Origin: Mobula hypostoma
Taxonomy: Eukaryota
Reading direction: 5' to 3'
Assembly (NCBI RefSeq): GCF_963921235.1
Contig: NC_086108.1
Span: forward strand, 111,416,001-111,480,000
DNA: 64,000 nt
Shown here: positions 36,607 to 49,935 of the stretch, piece by piece
Numbering within the stretch: position 1 is the stretch's first letter
Layout: every line of letters starts with the position of its first letter
Translations under genes and position numbers: made by a program
Notes under the pieces: model-generated
The model's input: only the letters and a program-made list of their open reading frames with translations
Databases searched by the model: none
Told to the model about the DNA's origin: nothing

Positions 36607-39226
36607 CTGTGTCAACAGAGGAACAGAGTCATTATAGCAACGACACAAGAGGTTCTGCAGATGCTGGAAAGCCAGAGTAACACACACCAATTGCTGGAGG
36701 AACTCAACAGGTCAGAAGTGTGATCACTGGAACCAAGTAAGATGTTCTCCTAAGGGGTTAGAGTCATAGGGTCATGCTTCGTGACAGCACAGAAACAGGA
36801 GAAAGTCTGCAGCTGCTGGAAATCCAGAGCAACAGCTGCAAAATGCTGGAGGAACTCATCAGATCAGGCAGCGTCTATGGAGAGGAATTGACAGTCAACT
36901 ATTAATCTGCCTAGTCCTATCACCTGCACCCAGACCATAGCCTTCCATAACCCTCCATCCATGTGCCTATCCAAACTTCTCTCAAATGTTGAAATCAACC
37001 CCACATCCACCACTTGTGCTGGCAGCTCGTTCTACACTCTCGTCAACCTCTGAGTGAAGAAGTTGGTGGGTCCTCAGGTGGCTGTAGACGCTGATGTGGG
37101 ATCCATGTATTCTGGTGTAGTGTGGGCCAGAGCAAGTGGTGGTTGTTGTTCGTGGTTGGGTCTTTTGGTTGTTCGTAGACATAGAAAACTACAACAGAGA
37201 AACAGGTCCTGTGCTCCACCTAGTCCATAACAAACCATTAACCTGCCTAGCCCCTGCCACCCCTCCCATCCATGTACTTAGCCAAACTTCTCTTCAGTGT
37301 TCAAATCAAACTCTCATCCTCCACATCTGCTGGCAGCTCATTCCACACACTCACCTCCCTCTGAGTGAGTAAGTTCCCCCTCGGTTTCCCCTAAAGCGTT
37401 TCATCTTTCAGGTAAGGCAGCAAGGAATAAACAGTTGACATTTCGGGCTGAGACTCTTCATGAGTTCTGCACTCTAACTTCCTCGCCTATCAATTCCCAC
37501 CAAATGCGACCCTTCATCACATCCACCCATCACCTCCCCAGCCTCCATTGCTATTCCCAATCTCCCCTCCTCCATCTGCCTAACATCCCCATACCCCATC
37601 CCCCCCCTGCTCTGGATCCAGCTGCCAGCTCTTGCCCCACCCCTTCCCCCATCTCTTTATACCAGTTTCTCTCTCTGTCTCCCACTCCTGACGAACTGTC
37701 TCAACCTGAAACGTCGACTGTCCCTTTCCCTCCACAGATGCTGAGTTCCTCCAGCAGTTAGTGTATTCCTTTAAGTTGCAGAAACACACACCATAGTCAC
37801 AGGCCTTTCAGCCCATCACATCCACACTGACCAGTGGGCACCCATCTGTGTTATTTCCATCTCTCAGCTCATGGCCCAAGGACTGCTCTGGTTGGGCAAT
37901 TCTAGGGCTTGACTGGACTCTTCCGAAATGCTGTCAGTGACTCTGCTTTCATCACTCTCTCCAGCAGCGCATTCCAGGTCCTCAGCACCATCTGGATGAA
38001 GGATGTTCCTCTCAGACCTCCTCTAAATCTCTTTCCCTTTACCCTGAATAAGATTAAGGTGCAGAATTAGGCCATTCAGCCCATTGAGACTGTTCCACCA
38101 TTCAATCATGGTTGATGCTTTGTTTTCACCTCTGCTTCTGCCCGTAACTGTTCACCCACTTCACAATCACAGACATATCAATCTCTGCCTTAAGTACAAG
38201 GCAGTATGGCACTGCGGTGTTACTACAGTGCCAGTGACCAAGGTTCGATTCCTGCTGCTCTCCGTGAAGAGTTTGAACATTCTCCCCATGACCACATGGG
38301 CTGTTTCTGCGTGCTCTCATTTCCTCCCACAGTCGAAAGACATACGAGTTAGTAGATTAATTTGTCATAGGGGAGATTTGATAGAGGTATATAAAATTAA
38401 TAAAATTATGATGGGTATAGATAGAATGAATGCAAGCAGGCTTTTTCCACTGAGGCAAGGGGAGAAAAAAACCAGAGGACATGGGTTAAGGGTGAGGGGG
38501 GGAAAAGTTTAAAGGGAACATTAGGGGGGGCTTCTTCACACAGAGAGTGGTGGGAGTATGGAATGAGCTGCCAGACGAGGTGGTAAATGCGGGTTGTTTT
38601 TTAACATTTAAGAATAAATTGGACAGATACATGGATGGGAGGTGTATGGAGGGATATAGTCCGTGTGCAGATCAGTGGGACTAGGCAGAAAATGGTTCAG
38701 CACAGCCAAGAAGGGCCAAAAGGCCTGTTTCTGTGCTGTAGTTTTTCTATGGTTTTTATGGGTGTAATTGGGTGGCACAGGCCAACTGGGCTACTTAATA
38801 ATATACTAATTATTCTTTAACTACATTACTGTTATATGATATTATTCACTGCTATTATATTACTAATAAATAAATATTGACCTCCACAGTCCTCTAGATT
38901 CCATAGATTCACCACCCTCTCACTAAAGAAATTCCTTCTCATCTCTGCCCTAAATCGACATTCTTCTGTTCTGAGGCTGTGCCCTCTGGTCCTTAACTCT
39001 CCCACTGTTGGAAACATCTTCTCCACGTCCACTCTATCTATTCCTTTCAATATTCAATAGGTTTCAATGAGATTCTTTTCAATCCGTCAGAACTCCATCG
39101 AGTTCAAGGAAGAAATTGTTCTCCTTTAGTTCTATTTATGTTAATACTGAGACAGTAAACCAAATGAAGATGGCAAATGCCAACTTAATCATTGTAAGTT
39201 ATTAATTTGTCTTGGACTGTTGTTAC

Positions 39227-39445
39227 CTTTGTTGGGTCCTTCCTCAGAATGTTACGCAGTGCCATAACCGCGTCGACTTGGATTTTGAGCGGGACGTTGG
39301 TGGTCGGTGCTCGGGAGCTGGGTAAGAGTTTCATGATATACTTCACGCTCCCTGGCTGCCCTGCATTGCCAATTGCCTTCAGGGCAAGGGTCATGTCCTC
39401 CTCATTGCTCTGAGCTGCAGAGTCCGTCAGAAAACTGTGGAGCAG
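39227..39445 (-). CDS. vtg: vtg exon 11 (LLHSFL...LALKAIGNAGQP...KDPTK)
   Basis: 219 nt, CAG/GT. Confidence 0.96.
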
Positions 39446-39560
39446 CTGTGGGGAGAGAGCCTCAGTGAGAGGGGTTACTGAAGTCATACCGACGGGGGAG
39501 CTGTGTGAGGCGTGGGGTGACGGTGAGGAGAGGGTGGGAGAAGGACTCCGATCAGCTTAC

Positions 39561-39686
39561 CGTAAGCACACTGCTGGGGCATGTTGGCTGGTCTGCACAG
39601 TACCGGTAAACCATCGAACCGTAGCCCAGGAAAACAAGCGGGCGAAGGACAGGCGACTGTTGCACTTGGATCATTACCAGTAATTG
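39561..39686 (-). CDS. vtg: vtg exon 10 (QLLVM...LGYGSMVYRYC...CPSSVLT)
   Basis: 126 nt, TAG/GTAAG. Confidence 0.94.
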
Positions 39687-40725
39687 CTACGACAGAGGCA
39701 AACTAGTCAGTAGTTAACTCTCAGTTCAGACACTAACCTTGTTAATAATCCATTGAACAGAAGATACAAAAACCTGGAAGCACGTACCATTGTTTTCTCT
39801 GGAGTGGAGGAGGTGAGGGGCAATCTGACAGAGGTTTATAGGATTCTGAGAGGCATAGATAGAGGAGACAGACAACCCTTTTTCCCAGGGTTGAAATACT
39901 AGAGGGCATGAATTTAAGGTGAGGGGGTTTAAGTGCAAAGGAGATGTGAGGGGCAAGTTAGTTTGTTTTTCTTACTCAGAGTGTGATGGTGCCTGGGGAA
40001 GAGATAGAGGCAGATACATTAGAGACTGTTAAGAGTTGTTTAGACAGGCACATGAACGTGAGGAAAATGGAAGGGTGTGGACATTGTGAAGGCAAAGGGG
40101 ATTAGGTTAATTCGACATTTGATTACTAACTCAAAGTTCAAGGTTCAAAGTAAACTTTATTATCAGAGTACAGACACATCATCACACACAACCCCGAGAT
40201 TCTTTTTCCTGCAGGCATACTTAGCAAACCTAGAGAACAGTAACTGTAAACAGGATCAATGGACAGCAAACTGAAAACAGAACTATAAATTCATAGCAAT
40301 AAATAATGAGTGTGAAATAACAAGGTAACGAGTCCTTCAAGTGAGACCATTGGTTGTGGGAGCATCAGAACAGAATGAGGGTAGTCATCCCCCTTTGTCC
40401 AAGAGCCTGATTGTTGAGGGGTAGTAACTGTACTGGAAGCTGGTGGTGCGAGTTGACAGGACTCTGTGGGCTGAAGGGCCTGTTCCTGTGCTCTACTGTT
40501 CTTTGTTCTATGTTCCTGCCCTCATAGGCTTGGTTCAGCTTATGACTCTACAGTGTCGGCACTCTGTTCTGTCAGCACACTACTTTAACCCTTCCCTTGC
40601 CGTATCTTCCACACTTGGGCAGAGAATTCCACTGTGTTCACCACTCTCTGGGGAAAACGGTTCCTCCTCATCTCCATCCCAAATCTACTACCCCACGGAA
40701 ATCTGGAAGAGTGGCTCGGACTCAC

Positions 40726-40891
40726 CTTGACGATCAACAGGGTGTGAGGGTCAGCTGTGACCTGATGCATGGCGAGGGCTAGAGTCTGGGCCGCGTCACG
40801 CATCGTGACCTCGAACCGCTGGATCTTGGTCTTGATGAACCGCAGTGCGTCGACTGTGCCAGTAGCGGGAAGCGCAAACAGAATCCAGCGC
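40726..40891 (-). CDS. vtg: vtg exon 9 (RWILFALPATGT...HTLLIVK)
   Basis: 166 nt, CAG/GTGAG. Confidence 0.95.
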
Positions 40892-42054
40892 CTGACGTGC
40901 CGGAACAAAGACAGAACACTTTCACACTCTGCAGGCATCACTTGGACACAAGGGAGGAGAAACTCTTGCGGAACAAAATGGGAAGTTAATGCCTTAGCAA
41001 TAGCCTGGTTTGCCAGGAGTCTCTGGTTAGAGATCTAGAGATAATTCACCCAAAACATCCCAATGCAAGTAGTGAGAAGAGAGATGTTTGGCCAGCTAAT
41101 GACTAGAACATAGATCACCACAGCACAGTACAACCATTCAGCCCATGACCTTTAAACCTACTCCAAAAACAATCTAACCCTTCCCTCCCTCAAATTCCTC
41201 CATTTTTCTTTCATCCATGTGACGAAGAGCCCTTTAGATGCCCCTAATGTGTCTGCCTCTCCCACCACTCCCAACAGTCATTCCACACACCCACCACTCT
41301 GTGCAAGCTGACATCCTCACATGCTTTTCCCCAGTCACCTCTCATATTAGCCATTTCTACCCTGGGAGAAAGTGTCTGACTGTCCGCTCAATCTACGACT
41401 CTCATCGTCTTGTACACCTCTGTCAAGTCACCTCTCATCCTCCTCCATGGGGTGGAGGGGTGAGTAAGTGTGAAGATAATGATTGTGTATCGTCAGGGAT
41501 GCTGCTGCCCTGGATACTCCCTTTTCCCTCTTTCTACCGTCCAGGAGAAAAACAGGAGCTTTAAAGACCAAGAGACCAGAGTTAAGAAGAGATTCCTCCC
41601 CACCGCTGTCAAGCTCCCGAACCAATCAGCTCTCTCACATCCCCTCCTGTTGGGGCTGCCGCCTTCTCTGTTTCTCAACTCCACCTCTTCCATCACTTTA
41701 ACCTTTACTTACGATTGGGCTTCCATTACACCCTGATGCATATGACAATAAACTAAACTGAATCTAACTATAAACTCAAGAGATTCTGCAGATGCTGGAA
41801 ATCCAGAGCACACACAGAGCCCGATCCCACTGACCTGCACCTGGACCACAGCCTCTCATCCACATGCCTACACAAGCTACTCTTAAATGTTGCAATAGAA
41901 CCCACATCCTCCACTTCCACTGGCAGCTCATCCCACACTCACCACACTCAGAGTGAGGAAGCTCCCCCATCATATTCCGCTTAAGTATTTTACCTTTCAC
42001 CCTTAACCAATGACCTCTAGTTCTAGTCTGACCCAACCTCAGTGGAAAAAGACT

Positions 42055-42617
42055 GTGCCTATTTCCTGAGGAGACTGAGGTCCTTTAACATCTGTCGGAC
42101 GATGCTGAGGATGTTCTACGAGTCTGTGGTGGCCAGTGCCATCATGTTTGCTGTTGTGTGCTGGGGCAGCAGGCTGAGGGTAGCAGACACCAACAGAATC
42201 AACAAACTCATTCGTAAGGCCAGTGATGTTGTGGGGATGGAACTGGACTCTCTGATGGTGGTGTCTGAAAAGAGGATGCTGTCCAAGTTGCATGCCATCT
42301 TGGACAATGTCTCCCATCCACTACATAATGTACTGGGTGGGCACAGGAGTGCATTCAGCCAGAGACTCATTCCTCCGAGATGCAACACAGAGCGTCATAG
42401 GAAGTCATTCCTGCCTGTGGCCACCAAACTTTACAACTCCTCCCTTGGAGGGTCAGACACCCTGAGCCAATAGGCTGGTCCCGGACTTATTTCCTGGCAT
42501 AATTTACATATTACTATTTAACTATTTATGGTTTTATTACTATTTATTATTTATGGTGCAACTGTAACGAAAACCAATTTCCCCCGGGATCAATAAAGTA
42601 TGACTATGACTATGACT
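42055..42617 (+). mobile_element. Rex1/Babar LINE 3' fragment, well preserved
   Basis: YFLRRLRSFNICRTMLRMFYESVVAS...SFLPVATKLYN; AATAAA followed by a (TATGAC)3 tail. Confidence 0.85.
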
Positions 42618-42832
42618 TGCATTTACTCTATCTATACCCCTCTATCAAATCTCCCCTCCATCTTCTACATTGCAGGGAATAAAGCCCAAACCAATTCAGA
42701 CTTTTTTTGTGACACTTGTTCCTTCACTGAAGCCACTGGGGGAGGGGCTGGAAGACGTGGGGGTGTGGGTGGGGAGAAAGACGGTTCTGTCGAGCGATGT
42801 GCTCCTATTTTCTGCCACAGGAAGCTGTTTAC

Positions 42833-42987
42833 CGGGTCTGTGCACTGTGGTTGTTATCCCACAGGGAGGTGATGGTGTTCTCCGAGGTGGACCGGAGGAG
42901 CTGGACGAGCTGCAGAAACGTGGCCGGTGTGTCGGAGTGGACCTTCGGCACTGAGTGGGCTTCCAGCTGCTTCAGCGTTTCTACAAT
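42833..42987 (-). CDS. vtg: vtg exon 8 (IVETLKQL...FLQLVQLLR...SLW...QTR)
   Basis: 155 nt, TAG/GT; start of the alpha-helical domain. Confidence 0.94.
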
Positions 42988-44649
42988 CTACAAAAAGACC
43001 ACACCACCATTAGACACAGTAGCCGAATCGGGTCAGTCGAACCGTCGAGTCTGCTCCACCATCCAATCCCGGCTGATTTACTAACCTTCTCAACCTCTGT
43101 CTCCTGCCTTCTCTCTGTAACCCCCAACACCCTGACTAATCAAGAACCTGTCAACCTTTGCTGTAATCTACGGAAGGACGTTGCACTGGATTGGACGGAA
43201 GCCATCCACCTCGCATTCCTGACCAGTTTCACTCTCATTGAATACAGACCAGTACAGCTCAGGAACCAACCCTTCAGCCCACAATGTTGTAGCAAATTGA
43301 CTAAACTTAATCAAATACAGTACCCAACTAAATTAATTTCGTCTGCCTACACTGTGTCAATACCCTCCCATACTCTATACATTCATGGGCCTGTCTCAGA
43401 GCCTCCTGAAAGCTTCTACTGTATCTGCCTCCCCTAGGCAATGCACTCCAGCCAGCCACCACTCTCCGTCTAAAAAGCTTGTCCCGCACTCCTCATTTAA
43501 ACTTACCCCCTCTCACCTTAAATGCATACCCTCTGGTATTAGACATTTCAACCCTGGTTAAAGATTCTGGCTACTCTGTCTATGTCTCTCATAATCTTAT
43601 CAGATCTCTCCTCAGCCTCCACTTCTCCCGAGAAAACAACCCTAAATTTGTCCGACCTCTCATTATAGCTCCTGCCCTCTAACCCAGGCAGCATCCTGGT
43701 AATAAACACAAGAGATTCTGCAGGTGTTGAAAATCTAGAGCAACACACATGAAATGCTGGAGGAACTCAAGCAGGTCAGGCAGCGTCTATGGAGAGGAAT
43801 AAACATTTGACGTTTCAGGCCTTCATCAAGACTGGAGAGGAAGAGGGAAGATGCCAGACTACAAAGGGAGAGGAAGGAAGATAGCTAGAAAGTGATAGGT
43901 GAAGCCAGACTGGTGGGAAAGATGAAGGGCTGGAGAGGAGGGGACCTGCTAGGACAGGGAAGTGGACCATGGGAGAAGGTGAAAGAGGAGGAGATCTGGG
44001 GGAGGTGATAGGCAGGTGAGAAGAAATAAGAGGCCAGAGTGGGGGAGAGAAGAAGAGGGGAAGGAGAGGGACTTTTTTTTACCAGAAGGAGAAATTAATA
44101 TTTATGCCATCAGTTTGGAGCTTAGCCAGATAGAATATAAGGTGTTATTTCTCCACCCTGATAATAGCCTCATCTTGGTACAAGAGCATCCAAGTAAACT
44201 TCTTCTGTATCCTTGCCAAAGTCTCCACATCCTACCTATAATGGGGCAAGCAGAGCTGGACGTAATACTCCAGATGTGGCCTGGTTAGAGTTTTATAAAT
44301 CTGCATCTTAACCTCCTGAATCTTGAATTCAGTACCTCGAACATACGCCTGCTTTACCAGCCTATCCACCTGTGTAACTACTTTCAGGAAGCTTTGGGCA
44401 TCTACACAGAGTAATAGATAAAAAATTGCTACGTTACAATAAAAAAGTAGAAAATTAAATGGTGCAAATAGAGAGCAAAATAGTGGGGTAGTGTTTATAG
44501 ATTCATGGACCATTCAGAAATCTGTTGGCGGAGGAGAAGAAACTCTTCCTGAAATGTTAAATTCATCACTATCCAAACCATCTCAACTAATCCTGGCAAG
44601 TTATTTATCTTGTGTTTTCTTTTTCTTTTATTGAATTTAGAGATACAGG

Positions 44650-45495
44650 TGTGACGCCAAACCAAGCTATTGGACGATTGATGCTAATGAGAAAGATAAG
44701 AGAGACAATGGAGAAACATTCAAAATGCTAATAAGAGAGGAGAGAGGGATTAACGGAAAAGAAACACAATTCAGAATATTGACAGACTGGTTGCTATGAA
44801 CCTGAACTGTTTGAAGTTTGATGGACAGGTGATACCCCAGCAGGGGGATAAAAAGAACAGGTTCGCTAAGGCACGGGACACCATGAGATCACGAGACAAG
44901 GAGACCCTGGAAAGAGCGGTGTGCCCCCACAAGTGGTGGGAGTTTGGAGGTCCGGTTCACGGGAACCGACCATAGACGCACAGGGTGTAAAGGTACGATC
45001 AGCGGGAACCTGGTGTGTGTGTCCACCCTTGCCTGGGTGCCGGGTTCACCGTGGAAGAACGGTCGTATCCGGAACGGAGGGGTCACAATTGGTGACCACA
45101 GCGGGATAGAAGACATCAAAAAGGGTCTGCCCGAAGCCAACTGCGAAGACATCAAAGGTCTGCCTGAACCAAATTGCATCCTCCCTCTCCCTCTCCCCCC
45201 CCCCAACGGTACAACAGCGATTACTGCGAACTGCACTAAGCTGAAATGAACTCTGTGTCACTGTAAGACTGATCATTTTACCCCTAGACTGCGATAGAGC
45301 TTGGTTGATTCCTATTACCCTAGTTCTGTGTATAGGTGTGTATTATCATTGCTAACCTGTTACATTTATATCCTTGCGATTAGTGTACTGTATTACTTAT
45401 TTCTTTAATAAAACTTCATTAGTTCCTAGTAATCCAGACTCCAACGAGTGTTCCATTTCTGCTGGTTTGGCAACCCAGTTACGGGGTACGTAACA
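44650..45495 (+). mobile_element. Solo LTR (846 bp) related to the Gmr1-like LTR
   Basis: TGT...ACA termini; 4-bp TSD CAGG (44646-44649 and 45496-45499); AATAAA at about 45407; shares AGACTCCAA...ATTTCTGCTGGTT...ACGGGGT and TGTGTCCACCCT.GCCTGGGTG with the 4615-5620 LTR. Confidence 0.88.
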
Positions 45496-47070
45496 CAGGA
45501 CAGTAACAGGCCCTTCTGGCCCTTGGAGCCCCCACCGCCCAATCACAGCCATGTCACCAGTTAACCGACTAACCAGGACTTCTTTGGAATGCAGGAGGAA
45601 ACTGAAGCACGGGGAGAACACAAAATTCTCCTACAGACAGCGGCGGGAAATGAACACCCATCGCTGGTGCCGTAATAGCGTTGTGCTGACCACTGCGCTA
45701 CCGTGCCTCCCATTATCTTGAGCATGTGATTATACTGGAGTGCCAAGAAAATTCTCTAGACCATAAGACATAGGAGCAGAATCAGGCTATTCGGCCCATC
45801 AAGTCTGCTCCACCATTTATCATGGCCGATTTATTATCCCTCTCAACCCTATTCTCCTGCCTTCCATCCATAACCTTTGATGCCCGATTAATCAACAAAT
45901 TTCGGGACATATGCCAGCAATTTTAAACTCGATTCTGATTCTGATCAAGACCTATCAAACTCTGTTTTAAATGTACACAGTGGCCTCCACGGCTGTCTGT
46001 AGTAATGAATTCCACCGATTCCCCACCCTCTGGTTAAAGAAATTCCTCCAAATCTCTGTATTTAATGCACATCCCTCTATTCTGAGTCCGTGCTATCCGG
46101 TCCTAGACTCCCCCGCTATAGGGAGCATCCTCTCTACATTCACTCTTTCAAGACCTTTCACTATTGAAGAGTTTCATTAAGATCCCCCACTAAACTTCAG
46201 TGAGTACAGTCCCAGAACCATTAACTGCTCCTTGTATGTTAACCCTTTCATTCCTGGGATGATCTTGTGAACTTCCTCTCGACTCTCTCCAATGCCACCT
46301 TTTCTTAGATAAGAGGCTCACGATACTCCAAGCGCAGTCTGACCAATGCAATTCACCAGAATGTGGCCTGGACCGGTGGACTTTACTTATGGAATGGAGT
46401 AAGGCAGGTTGGAACTGGCTTATTGTCATTTGACATTTTATATTCTGAGTTTTTTTGCTTATTTTTTGCCGCTTTAATGATTTGTTCTTTTTTCTTTGCG
46501 AGATGGGAGTTTGATGTTTTCTTTGAATGGGGTTCCAAGGTGTTTCTGTGTTTTGTGACAGTCTTCGAGAAGATGAATCTCAGGGTTGTACATTACATAC
46601 AAACTTTAATAATAAATATACTTTGAATCTTTGAGTCCCTGGAGCGAAGGGGGCTGAGGGACACCCAGCACACCTTCAAAAGGTGATAACCTCAAAAAGG
46701 CAGCATCTGTCATTAAGGACCCCTCTCAACCAGGACATGCCCTCTTCTCATTGCTACCATCAGGGTGTTGGAACAGGAGCCTGAAGACACACTCAACATT
46801 TTAGGAACAGTTTCTTCCCCTCTACCACCAGACTTGTGAACAGACCATGAACCCATGTACACTACCTCACTATTTTTTTTACCATTTTAGCTCAGCCCAG
46901 CATGGCTACAAAGCATGCAGGAACCCAACAGATTCAAACCCGGGAACACTCACCCCGAATTCCGGTGTGGATACCACTACACCACCAGCCAGCTAATAAT
47001 GACTAACAACAGACCTTTTAATTAGAAAGGGAAAGGGAGACAAGAGATTGTGGATAACTCGGATATTTAC

Positions 47071-47221
47071 CGCTTTTTTGATGTTTTGTAGATGAGTTAG
47101 TTGTAAAGGTTTCTGTAGCACGTCCCCGCTGTAACGATACCTCAGTGTCCCCCGCTCTACAAACTGAACCTGTGGCAGGCTCCTAGTGGCAGCTTTGACT
47201 TCAACCAGTGCAAGGTTCTGT
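47071..47221 (-). CDS. vtg: vtg exon 7 (QNLALVEVK...RGTLRYRY...NIKKA)
   Basis: 151 nt, CAG/GT; translated by hand, absent from the ORF track. Confidence 0.93.
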
Positions 47222-47444
47222 CTGCAAATGTCATGGTTCAGAGGTCAAACTGGTACATTTGGTAAACTAGCAAGTCGGTTTATGATTGTACACGTATCGA
47301 GGTGAAAAGCAGTCCTTCAAATTATTTTAGCTGAGATATATTTATTGAATAGCTGTATTTATTTTATAATTTTTATTTTTTTATTTAGGAAATACAATGC
47401 AGAATAGGCCATTCTAGCCCCTCGAGTTGCAGCACCCAGCAATC

Positions 47445-47648
47445 TGTGTTGTTAGAGGAGGTAACTGTTACTGAAACTACTTGCTTTCTGTCTCCACTAG
47501 TTGCTGCCAGCATCCCGGCCACCACCTCCACCTTATCTCAGTTACTTAGTGCCAACATTGAACTGAAGGCTCAGGTTAGCCCAAGGTTACATTTCAAACC
47601 TTAGTTTTGTGAAAGCAGCTCTGCTGCCAAAGAACATTCACCTTTGTG
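47445..47648 (+). pseudogene. Inverted duplicate of vtg exon 18 with flanking intron sequence
   Basis: Reverse complement of about 18149-18343; the exon copy at 47501-47585 differs at 3 of 85 nt. Confidence 0.93.
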
Positions 47649-47776
47649 ACTTTATTTATTTATCTATGTAGAGACAGTGCAGAACAAGTTCTCTGGCAAA
47701 TCCAGCCAAACCACCCAGAAACCCACAGATTTAACTCTAGCCTAATCATGGAACAATTTACAATGACCAATTAAGA

Positions 47777-49935
47777 TCATAAGACATAGGAGCTGAATTA
47801 GGCCATTCAGCCCATCGAGTCTGTTCTCCATTCTATCATGGCTGATTCTTGATCCCACTCAGTCCTATACGCCTACCTTCTCGCCATAGCCAAGAAATAA
47901 TCAACTTCCACTTTAAATATATCCGTGGACTTGGCTTCCACCGCAGTCTGTGGCAGAGCATTCCACAGATTCATTACTCTTTGGCTAAAAAAATTCCTCC
48001 TTACTTCTGTTCTAAAAGGTCGCCTCTCAGTTTTGAGGCTGTGCCCTCTAGTTCTGGAAACCCCCACCAGAGGAAACATCCTCTCCACATCCACGCTGCC
48101 TAGTCCTTTCAACATTTGGTAGACTTCAATGAGATCCCCACGCATTCTACATCCTCATGTCCCTCCCCTGGACTCTCCCCAACGACAACACATCCTTTCT
48201 GAGATATGGGGCTCAAACTGTTGACAATACTCCAAGTGCAGTCTGACTAGTGTCTGATAAACCCTCAGCATTATCTCCTTGCTTTTATATTCTATTCTCC
48301 TTGAAACAAATGCCAACCTTGTATTTGCCTTCTTTACCACAGACTCAACCTGTAAATTAACCTTCTGGGAGTCTTCACAAGGACACCCAAGTCCCTCTGC
48401 ACCTCTGATGTTTGAACCTTCTCCCTGTTTAGATAATAGTTCACACTATTGTTCCTTTTACCAAAATGTATTATCAGGTGGTACACTTTGGAAGGACAAA
48501 CTCCAAGGCAGAGTACAAAGTAAATGGCAGGATACTTGGTAGTGTGGAGGAGCAGAGGGATCTGGGGGTACATGTCCACAGATCCCTGAAAGTTGCCTCA
48601 CAGGTGGATAGGGTAGTTAAGAAAGCTTATGGGGTGTTAGCTTTCATAAGTCGAGGGATGGAGTTTAAGAGTCGTCATGTAATGATGCAGCTCTATAAAA
48701 CTCTGCTTAGGCCACACGGAGTACTGTGTCCAGTTCTGGTCACCTCACTACAGGAAGGATGTGGAAGCATTGGACAGGGTACAGAGGAGATTTACCAGGA
48801 TGCTGCCTGGTTTTGAGAGTATGCATTATGATCAGAGATTAAGGGAGCTAGGGCTTTACTCTTTGGAGAGAAGGAGGATGAGAAGAGACATGATAGAGGT
48901 GTACAAGATAATAAGAGGAATAGATAGAGTGGATAGCCAGCGCCTCTTCCCCAGGGCACCACTGCTCAATACAAGAGGACATGGCTTTAAGGTAAGGGGT
49001 GGGAAGTTCAAGGGGGATATTAGAGGAAGGTTCTTTACTCAGAGAGTGGTTGGTGCGTGGAATGCACTGCCTGAGTCAGTGGTGGAGGTAGATACACTAG
49101 TGAAGTTTAAGAGACTACTAGACAGGTATTTGGAGGAATCTAAGGTGGGGGCTAATATGGGAGGCAGGGTTTGAAGGTCGGCACAACATTGTGGGCCGAA
49201 GGGCCTGTACCGTGCTGTACTATTCTATACATTTCCCAACACTCTATTCCATCTGCCATTCTTTTGCCGATTCTTTCAATTTGTCTAAGTCCTGCTAAAT
49301 CACATTGCTTCCTCAGCACTACCTACCCCTCCACCTATCTTCATATCATCCACAAACTTTGCCACAAAGCCACCAATTCCATTATCTAAATCATTGATAA
49401 ACAATGTGAAAAGTAGTGGTCCCTGAGGAACAACACTAGTTACCGGCAGCCAACCAAAAAAGGTCCCCTTTATTCCCACTCACTGGCTCCTGCCTGTCAG
49501 CCGTTCCTCTATCCCTGCCGGTATCTTTCCTGTAACACCATAGGAATTTATCTTGTTAAGCCGCCTTATCAAACGCCTTCTGAAAATCCAAGTAAATGAC
49601 ATCCACTGCCTCTCCTTTGTCCACCCTGCTTGTTACTTCCTCGAAGAACGTTAACAGATTTGTCAGGCAAGATTTCCTTTTACAGAAACCATGCTGATTT
49701 TGACTTATTTTATCATTAGTCTCCAAGTATCCTGAAACCTTATCCTTAGTAATAGATTCCAACACTTTCCCAGCCACTGAGGTTAGGCTAACTGGCCTAT
49801 AATTTCTTTTCTTTTGCCTTCCTCCTTTCTTAAAGATTGAAGTGACATTTTGCAATCTTACAGTCCTCCAGGACCATGCCAGAATCAAGTGATTCTCTTG
49901 AAAGATCACAACCAATGCATCCGTTATCTCTTCAG
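47777..49935 (-). mobile_element. Degenerate CR1 RT/3' fragment, split by the plus-strand CR1 at 48471-49228
   Basis: ORF 49556..49915 (NYRPVSLTS...YLDFQKAFD), 48155..48340, 47873..48145. Confidence 0.85.
48471..49228 (+). mobile_element. CR1 3' fragment, near-identical to the 3' end of the CR1 at 24457-28222
   Basis: ORF 48761..49174 is almost identical to ORF 24525..25019. Confidence 0.88.

Noticed and set aside
40742..40762. ERE-like GGTCAgctgTGACC in exon 9
   Set aside because: The spacer is 4 nt rather than 3, and the sequence is explained by coding constraints.
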